NCBI GenBank assembly: GCA_963808235.1
Contig: CAWEEQ010000001.1
Location: 160,001 to 224,000 of the forward strand
Direction of reading: 5' to 3'
DNA: 64,000 nt
Source of the DNA: an uncultured delta proteobacterium
Lineage (GTDB): Bacteria > Desulfobacterota > Binatia > Binatales > Binataceae
Of this stretch, positions 57,537 to 64,000 are shown one piece after another. The notes below the pieces were generated by a model, which was given only the letters and a program-made list of their open reading frames with translations, searched no databases and was not told the DNA's origin. How positions within the stretch are numbered: position 1 is the first letter of the stretch; each line of letters starts with the position of its first letter. The position numbers and the translations under genes are program-made.

Positions 57537-57798
57537 CGATCGACGTTCGGCGGCGTTATCGCATCGCGGTTCGGAGAAATCCTGACAGACGCACGCATTG
57601 GTATCGGTGCTATGATCTCCCTGCTCCGCCCGATACCTGTTTGCAGGACGTTAGCGGTCAATACGTCCGTCAAGGCGCTATGCGTCTCGCGGTGAAGCTC
57701 GACGACTTGCTTGATAGCGATGAGACGCGCCCGCTGCCGCCTTTGAGAAGGATGTCGTTCGCGTAGCTCCGTACCGCCATCCTAATTCAAGATCTTTG

Positions 57799-58281
57799 CT
57801 ATGGCGTAAGTGTAAGTTCGAAAGTTCCCTTGCCCTTGCAATGCCTGCCGATGCGATTGACCAGGTAGGCGCCCTCCATCGTGTCACCGGTAACCTTCGC
57901 CAAGACCGACGCGGTGCAAGGATGGTTGGTTCCGCTTGTAGCATGAAAGGTGAGCGTGAGGTGGTTGTTGGAGATACTTCCTTTCACATTTCCACTTGGA
58001 GTCTCATCGCCGGTCGTCAAGCTGAACGTGCCGCCGATTTTGTTCTGACTCTGAGTGAGATCCAGGGTCATGGGACCCGTGCTGTTCCCCTGTGATCTGT
58101 CTATATTGGTGTTCGTGCCGGTCCAGCTGCCGGCGACCTGCGCGACCGACGGAGTCTGATTTGCGTCCGCCGCGCCGGATTCGTCGGCATCCTGAGCACG
58201 CGCGGAAGTCAGGCAAAGCATAGCCAACAGTATCGATGATGCAGCAGCGGCGGCTGCGCCGCGTCCGATCGAAAACTTCAT
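57799..58281 (-). CDS. Hypothetical secreted beta-rich protein
   Basis: Signal peptide, GSWTG, two Cys, G.FEL end; AAGGGAG RBS. Confidence 0.7.
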   Translation of the reverse strand: MKFSIGRGAAAAAASSILLAMLCLTSARAQDADESGAADANQTPSVAQVAGSWTGTNTNIDRSQGNSTGPMTLDLTQSQNKIGGTFSLTTGDETPSGNVKGSISNNHLTLTFHATSGTNHPCTASVLAKVTGDTMEGAYLVNRIGRHCKGKGTFELTLTP

Positions 58282-58526
58282 TCTTTCTCTCCCTTTTGGT
58301 GGTCTAAATCGCGCAATCTACTTCTTTGGACGCAATCGTGCGCTGAAACATTCATTCTGATGCGTTGATAGTATGCGAATTGGTTGCACCAGCATAGATA
58401 GGAGGAAGAGTGCAGAAACAATCGCATTTAACGGCACTGATACGCCGGAGGTGGAGGCATGGCGCCGATTGTCTATGCAATGCGCTCGCGACTGGAGTTA
58501 AGTTGCCGAAATAGGGACGATGAAAT

Positions 58527-60893
58527 ATGAAAAACGGATCGGCGGCACAAGAACTTGAACTGATCGACGCCTATTGGCGAGCTTCAAACTATCTGACTAT
58601 CGGTCAGATCTACTTACAAGAAAATCCACTGCTACGGGAGCCGCTGAGACCTGAGCACGTCAAGCCGCGACTCCTCGGACACTGGGGCACTTCGCCCGGA
58701 CAAAACCTGGTTTACATTCACCTTAGCCGCGTCATAAGGAACAACGACGCTAGCATGATTTATGTCTCGGGGCCCGGGCACGGCGGTCCCGCGATCGTCG
58801 CGCAGACCTACCTGGAAGGCACTTACTCGGAGACCTATCCGAGGGTCTCACAAGACCTTGAAGGTATGCGGCTACTGTTCCGGCAATTCTCGACTTCCGG
58901 CGGCATTCCCAGTCACGTGGGCCCCCATGTTCCCGGTTCGATTAATGAGGGTGGCGAGCTTGGATACTCATTGGCGCACGCATTCGGCGCCGCGTTCGAC
59001 AATCCCAATCTGATCGTCGCATGCGTTATAGGCGACGGCGAGGCGGAGACCGCCCCGCTCGAAGGTGCGTGGAAAGGAATCAACTTCCTTAATCCCGCGC
59101 GCGACGGTGCCGTGCTGCCGATCCTGCACCTCAATGGCTACAAGATTGCTGGTCCTACTGTGCTTGGCCGTGAAAGCGACGAACAAATTCGACACCTGCT
59201 AACCGGCCACGGTTACGATGTTCAATTCGTCGCGGGCGACGAACCGATGGCGGTACATGAACAGTTGGCTTCGACGCTCGACGCCTGCTACTCGGCAATC
59301 CGTCAATTTCAGCACGACAGTCGAAGCCGGGGGGTTACTCAGCGGCCCCATTGGCCCGCGATCGTGATGCGCACTCCTAAAGGGTGGACCGGTCCGAAGG
59401 TCGTGGATGGCGTCCAGATAGAAGGTACCTTCCGCGCGCATCAGGTCCCTCTCGCCAACGTCAAGGAGAATCCGAAACATCTCGAAATGCTCGAGCAATG
59501 GATGCGCAGCTACAAACCCGATGAGCTCTTCGATCGAAGCGGCCGTCTAGTCGCGGAACTCGCGAAGCTCGCGCCCAAGGGCCACCTCCGGATGAGCGCG
59601 AATCCCCATGCCAACGGCGGCGAAGCGCCCCTGCCGCTGGTGATCCCGGACTACACACGGTACGCGCTGAAGATCGACCAACCAGGTAGCATGCTAGCCG
59701 AATCGACTCGCCAACTCGGCATGATGCTGCGCGGCATCTTCGCGCGCAACGAGAAGCAGCGGAACTTTCGCCTCTTCTGTCCCGACGAAACCAATTCCAA
59801 TCGGCTCGGCGATGTCTTCGAGGTTGAGAACCGATGCCTTGTCAGCTCGCTTATTCCGGAGGACGATCATGTAGCTGTTGACGGCCGAGTCATGGAGGTG
59901 CTTAGCGAACACAACCAGCAAGGATGGCTCGAAGGCTATACGCTTACTGGCCGATATGGACTGTTCGCCACCTATGAGGCGTTTGCGATGATCGTCGATT
60001 CGATGACCGCGCAACACGCCAAGTGGCTGAAGACCTGCGCTACCGAGCTGCCGTGGCGCAAACAAATACCGTCGCTGAACTATCTGCTGACATCAACTTG
60101 CTGGCGTAACGACCACAATGGTTTCAGTCACCAGGGGCCGGGCTTTATCGACAGCATCCTGACGAAGCAGGGCATCATTACTCGCATCTACTTGCCACCC
60201 GACGCTAACTGCCTGCTTTCGGTCGCTGACCATTGTTTGCGCAGCCACGACTACATCAACCTGATTGTAATTGATAAACAGCCGCACCTTCAGTTCCTGG
60301 ACATCGACACGGCGCGCGAACACTGCGCGCAAGGAGCTTCGATATGGAGCTGGGCAAGCAATGATGTGGGCGGCAAGCCCGATATCGTGCTTGCATGCGC
60401 CGGCGACGTTTCGACGCAGGAGACACTCGCGGCGGCGTGGTTGCTGCGAAAACACTTGCCGGAAATGAAGGTACGTGTGGTAAATGTCGTCGACCTGATG
60501 CGGCTCTGGCCGCCCGATGTTCATCCCCATGGTATGGACGAGGAACGCTTCCTCGATCTCTTCACCGCCGACGCGCACGTGATCTTTGCGTTCCACGGTT
60601 ACCCGCGGGCCATCCATGAAATCCTGCATGGCAGAACCAATGCTGAGCGCTTTCACGTGCGTGGTTACATCGAAGAAGGCACCACGACGACTCCGTTCGA
60701 CATGGTGGCGTTGAACAAGACCAGTCGCTTCCACCTATGCATAGAGGCATTGCGGCGAGCACCAGCGATTCCGGGCTCTCACAAGGTGGTCGAACTGTGT
60801 CACGGATGGCTCGAGCGGCATCGCAGCTACGTGGACAAACATTTTCAGGATATTCCGGAAATAAACGACTGGAAATGGACTGCGCCCGCCTGA
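58527..60893 (+). CDS. xfp: Phosphoketolase
   Basis: [43 protein letters not shown]. Confidence 0.96.
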   Translation: MKNGSAAQELELIDAYWRASNYLTIGQIYLQENPLLREPLRPEHVKPRLLGHWGTSPGQNLVYIHLSRVIRNNDASMIYVSGPGHGGPAIVAQTYLEGTYSETYPRVSQDLEGMRLLFRQFSTSGGIPSHVGPHVPGSINEGGELGYSLAHAFGAAFDNPNLIVACVIGDGEAETAPLEGAWKGINFLNPARDGAVLPILHLNGYKIAGPTVLGRESDEQIRHLLTGHGYDVQFVAGDEPMAVHEQLASTLDACYSAIRQFQHDSRSRGVTQRPHWPAIVMRTPKGWTGPKVVDGVQIEGTFRAHQVPLANVKENPKHLEMLEQWMRSYKPDELFDRSGRLVAELAKLAPKGHLRMSANPHANGGEAPLPLVIPDYTRYALKIDQPGSMLAESTRQLGMMLRGIFARNEKQRNFRLFCPDETNSNRLGDVFEVENRCLVSSLIPEDDHVAVDGRVMEVLSEHNQQGWLEGYTLTGRYGLFATYEAFAMIVDSMTAQHAKWLKTCATELPWRKQIPSLNYLLTSTCWRNDHNGFSHQGPGFIDSILTKQGIITRIYLPPDANCLLSVADHCLRSHDYINLIVIDKQPHLQFLDIDTAREHCAQGASIWSWASNDVGGKPDIVLACAGDVSTQETLAAAWLLRKHLPEMKVRVVNVVDLMRLWPPDVHPHGMDEERFLDLFTADAHVIFAFHGYPRAIHEILHGRTNAERFHVRGYIEEGTTTTPFDMVALNKTSRFHLCIEALRRAPAIPGSHKVVELCHGWLERHRSYVDKHFQDIPEINDWKWTAPA

Positions 60894-60899
60894 CCGACC

Positions 60900-62075
60900 G
60901 TGAGCAACATTCTTAGTATCAACCGCGGATCATCGTCCTTGAAATTCGCGTTGTACGCGTTCAAGGAAGGCATTGAGGAACTTCTGGCTCAAGGCGAAGT
61001 TGAGCTAAATCCACATCGCGGGCGGCTATCGATCGAACGCGCTGGCGCTAAGGATAGAAGTGAGACATCCGGCAGGTTCAAGGACTCCAAAGCTGCAGTG
61101 CTGGCCGCGTTTGAGTCGATGAATGGTCTTAGTCTGCCGCAGCCAGATGCGGCCGGGCATCGGCTTGTCCACGGCGGGCCGACGCACTTCGCGCCGGAGC
61201 GCATCACTGCTCAACTGATAACTTCCTTGCGCGACCTGGTCGGGTTCGCGCCGTTGCATCTGCCGATCGAGATCCAGGCTATAGAAGCAATAGCTACGCG
61301 GTTTCCCGATCTTCCGCAGGTAGCCTGCTTCGATACGGGCTTTCATCAACGGATACCCGAGTTCGCGCGCCGCTTACCGCTTCCACGCGAGTTATGGGAC
61401 GAAGGAGTGCACCGCTACGGCTTCCACGGCATCTCTTATGAGTACATAATGCAGACCCTCGGTGCAGCTAGACCCGACAAGATCGTCATCGCTCACCTGG
61501 GCAATGGCGCAAGCATGGTAGCAGTGCGCGACGGACAGCCAATAGACACTACGATGGGACTAACGCCGACCGGCGGCTTGATGATGGGAACCCGAAGCGG
61601 CGATCTCGATCCTGGTGTGCTGCTCTTCATGCTCACTCAGAAGAACTATAGTAGCGCGCGCCTGAATCAACTCCTCAACCATGAATCGGGCCTTCTGGGA
61701 GTGTCGGGAATCAGCTCAGATGTGAGAACGCTTATACAAAAAAGCGATTCCGACCCGAGAGCGTCGCAAGCAATCGAGATGTTCTGCTACCAGGTAGCCA
61801 AGCAGGTAGGCTCTTACTCAGCCGCCCTCGGTGGCCTGGACCTTCTGGTGTTCACCGGCGGCATCGGCGAACACGCGGCACCTATTCGCGAGCAAGCATG
61901 CCGCCGCTTGGCATTTGTCGGCATACAACTGGATCAGAAGCGCAATCTATCCAACGCGCATACCATCAGCTCAGCAAATAGTCGATGCGCCGTGCGAGTC
62001 ATCCCTGCCAACGAAGATCTCATGATCGCTCGCCACACTAACTCAGTACTCGCGTCCGATTCCCTGACTAGGTAG
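60900..62075 (+). CDS. ackA: Acetate kinase
   Basis: N.GSSSLK, GHRLVHGG, FDTGFH, HLGNGAS, GTRSGD, FTGGIGE. Confidence 0.95.
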   Translation: MSNILSINRGSSSLKFALYAFKEGIEELLAQGEVELNPHRGRLSIERAGAKDRSETSGRFKDSKAAVLAAFESMNGLSLPQPDAAGHRLVHGGPTHFAPERITAQLITSLRDLVGFAPLHLPIEIQAIEAIATRFPDLPQVACFDTGFHQRIPEFARRLPLPRELWDEGVHRYGFHGISYEYIMQTLGAARPDKIVIAHLGNGASMVAVRDGQPIDTTMGLTPTGGLMMGTRSGDLDPGVLLFMLTQKNYSSARLNQLLNHESGLLGVSGISSDVRTLIQKSDSDPRASQAIEMFCYQVAKQVGSYSAALGGLDLLVFTGGIGEHAAPIREQACRRLAFVGIQLDQKRNLSNAHTISSANSRCAVRVIPANEDLMIARHTNSVLASDSLTR

Positions 62076-62086
62076 CTATACGTCTG

Positions 62087-62497
62087 TCAGGCGGTGCGCG
62101 GCTCGAGCACCATCTGAGTCTGCGTTACGATCGCAATCAGGCGACCGTTTTCGGCCGTGATGCGAGTCTGCCAGACCATCGTGCGCTTGCCGCGATGCAC
62201 CGCGGTGCACTCCCCGATCACCTTGGTGCCGACGGCCGCTGGTGCGAGAAAGTTTGTCTTTGATTCGATCGTGGTCGTGCCCGCCCCTTGCGGCAGATTG
62301 AGCACGGTTCCGCACGCGCCCAAGGTGTCGGCGAACGCCATGATCGCTCCGCCGTGAAGAACCGCGGGCCGGGTGCATAGATCCTCGCGGACTACGACTT
62401 CCGCCTTGACGCATTCCGGCGTCGCGCTCAGGAATTTGACTCCGAGTACTTGTGCGAACGGCGGCTTCGACTCTTCGAGCATTGAAACGTTACTCAT
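62087..62497 (-). CDS. PaaI family thioesterase
   Basis: LHGGAIMAFAD..GA, TIESKTNFL. Confidence 0.9.
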   Translation of the reverse strand: MSNVSMLEESKPPFAQVLGVKFLSATPECVKAEVVVREDLCTRPAVLHGGAIMAFADTLGACGTVLNLPQGAGTTTIESKTNFLAPAAVGTKVIGECTAVHRGKRTMVWQTRITAENGRLIAIVTQTQMVLEPRTA

Positions 62498-62527
62498 TGA
62501 AAACTCCTCTGGAAACCGCGAGCCAGC

Positions 62528-64000
62528 TCAGCACGGATTGAGATGCCAGATTTCGCGAGCATACTCAGTAACCGCGCGGTCGCTGGAAAACATTCCGATG
62601 CGTGCGACATTAAGTATAGCCTTGCGAGCCCACACGTCGGAATGTTGGTACTCAGTCGAAACCTCAGTCTGGGCGCCTATATAGGAACCGAAATCAGCCA
62701 GCAGGAAATAGTCATCGCGATTCAGAAGGGTATCGCGGACCCACCGGAAGAGGCCAGGCTCGCCCGGGCAGAAGCGGTCTGACGCCAACTCGTCGAGCAC
62801 TCTTTTCAGGCGCGGGTCCGCCTCGTAGTAGTCGCGAGGCCGGTAGCTGCCCTTCACGGTGAGTTCCTCGATCTCGGGCGCGGTCAGGCCAAAGATGAAC
62901 ATATTCTCGGCGCCGACTGCGTCGCGAATCTCGATGTTGGCGCCGTCGAGGGTGCCCAGGGTCAGCGCGCCGTTCATCGCGAACTTCATGTTGCCGGTGC
63001 CCGACGCCTCCCGGCCGGCGGTGGAGATTTGTTCAGACACGTCGGCGGCGGGAATAATTTTCTCCGCGAGCGAGACCCGGTAGTCGGGCATGAAGGCGAC
63101 CTTGATCAACTCGCGCGTCTTGGGGTCATTGTTAATCACGTCGCTGAGACTGTTGATTAACTTGATCAGCATTTTCGCCGCCCAGTAGCCGGGCGCCGCC
63201 TTGCCCGCCACGATGTACGTGTGCGGCACCGGCGGCTCGACGCCGTCATCGACGAGCTGCAGGTACCGGTGCACGATCCCCAACGCCATCAGCAGTTGCC
63301 GCTTGTATTCGTGGATCCGTTTCGCCTGAATGTCGAACATCGCGGCGGGATCGACGTCGACCCCGGCGAGCTTGTTGACGATTCGCGCGAGTCTCTCCTT
63401 GTTCGCGCGTTTGATCGCGGTGAAGCGGCGTTGGAACTCGGAATCTCCGGCGAACTTCTCAACTCCGTTCAGTTGCGCGAGATCGGTCGCCCATCCGGCC
63501 CCGATGGTTGCGTCGAGCAAACTCGCGAGCCCGGGATTCGCCATCAACAGCCATCGCCGCTGGGTCACGCCGTTGGTCTTGTTGCTGAAACGCTCCGGCC
63601 ACAGCTGGTAGAACTCGGGAACCAGCCGCGTTTTCACGAGTTCGCTATGAAGCTTCGAGACACCGTTGACCGAATGGCTGCCGACGATCGCCAGATGCGC
63701 CATCCGCACCTGGCTCTCGTAGCCCTCCTGTATGATCGAGACCCGCTTGAGGCGTTCCGGATCGTCGCGCCAAACCAGGGCCGCGTCGGCGAGAAAGCGC
63801 CGATTGATCTCATAGATGAGCTGAAGATGGCGCGGAACGACGCGCTCCAGCAGGCCGACCGGCCATCGTTCCAGCGCCTCCGGTAATAGGGTGTGATTAG
63901 TATATGCGACCGTGGCGCGCGTGATGTCCCATGCCGTCGCCCACGGCAGGTCATAGTCATCGATGAATACGCGCATCAACTCCGCAATAGTCAGTGCAGG
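62528..64000 (-). CDS. glgP: Glycogen/maltodextrin phosphorylase (partial, 5' end outside the window)
   Basis: YTNHTLLPEALE, NKTNG, KRIHEYKRQ, EASGTGNMK, DGANIEI. Confidence 0.96.
   Translation of the reverse strand, partial: PALTIAELMRVFIDDYDLPWATAWDITRATVAYTNHTLLPEALERWPVGLLERVVPRHLQLIYEINRRFLADAALVWRDDPERLKRVSIIQEGYESQVRMAHLAIVGSHSVNGVSKLHSELVKTRLVPEFYQLWPERFSNKTNGVTQRRWLLMANPGLASLLDATIGAGWATDLAQLNGVEKFAGDSEFQRRFTAIKRANKERLARIVNKLAGVDVDPAAMFDIQAKRIHEYKRQLLMALGIVHRYLQLVDDGVEPPVPHTYIVAGKAAPGYWAAKMLIKLINSLSDVINNDPKTRELIKVAFMPDYRVSLAEKIIPAADVSEQISTAGREASGTGNMKFAMNGALTLGTLDGANIEIRDAVGAENMFIFGLTAPEIEELTVKGSYRPRDYYEADPRLKRVLDELASDRFCPGEPGLFRWVRDTLLNRDDYFLLADFGSYIGAQTEVSTEYQHSDVWARKAILNVARIGMFSSDRAVTEYAREIWHLNPC

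Noticed and set aside
1836-63960. Many long antisense or alternate-frame ORFs (e.g. 1836-2690, 25716-26711, 32412-33305, 45260-46183)
   Set aside because: Shadow ORFs of high-GC genes with Arg/Ala-rich composition and no motifs
9503-64000. Integrase gene or attR duplicate of the tRNA-Ala 3' end
   Set aside because: No recombinase ORF, and no second copy of CCCTTCTGCTCCA seen by eye, so island limits remain inferred

Overview
Bacterial window of roughly 60% GC, estimated by eye. The gene content suggests Candidatus Binatia/Binatota or a relative, which is inference only. Left edge: the right end of an IS1595-family element (transposase C-terminus, a 46-aa basic ORF, a DUF3800-like passenger gene, candidate TIR) about 190 bp downstream of tRNA-Ser(GGA). 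A core-like block follows (nitronate monooxygenase, queE, DUF1329, larC, MBL hydrolase, dksA, galU), ending in a ~234-bp tandem duplication that leaves a truncated and an intact tRNA-Ala(CGC). The accessory region after it holds: a sulfatase; a three-gene secreted operon (VWA protein, an ~860-aa protein with a pre-toxin-like segment and a C39-like peptidase, and an unknown secreted protein); a sigma-54-controlled AhpD/RclA/RclC/SDR module; an OmpA lipoprotein behind a 3x40-bp repeat; a divergent S8/FG-GAP protease; a glycan sulfation/methylation/carbamoylation cluster with an ABC exporter; a DOMON-DUF1460-GT2-DUF4922-SpoIID operon; and an ECF/NrsF-DoxX-bufferin precursor-msrPQ locus with msrA nearby. 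The right end carries xfp-ackA, a PaaI thioesterase and partial glgP. Best novelty candidates: the VWA/C39 operon, a signal-peptide leader ORF plus long hairpin ahead of DUF1329, a bufferin precursor lacking its maturation genes and linked to msrPQ, and a split dispersed repeat bracketing the island. All family calls come from recognising motifs by eye; no database searches were run.
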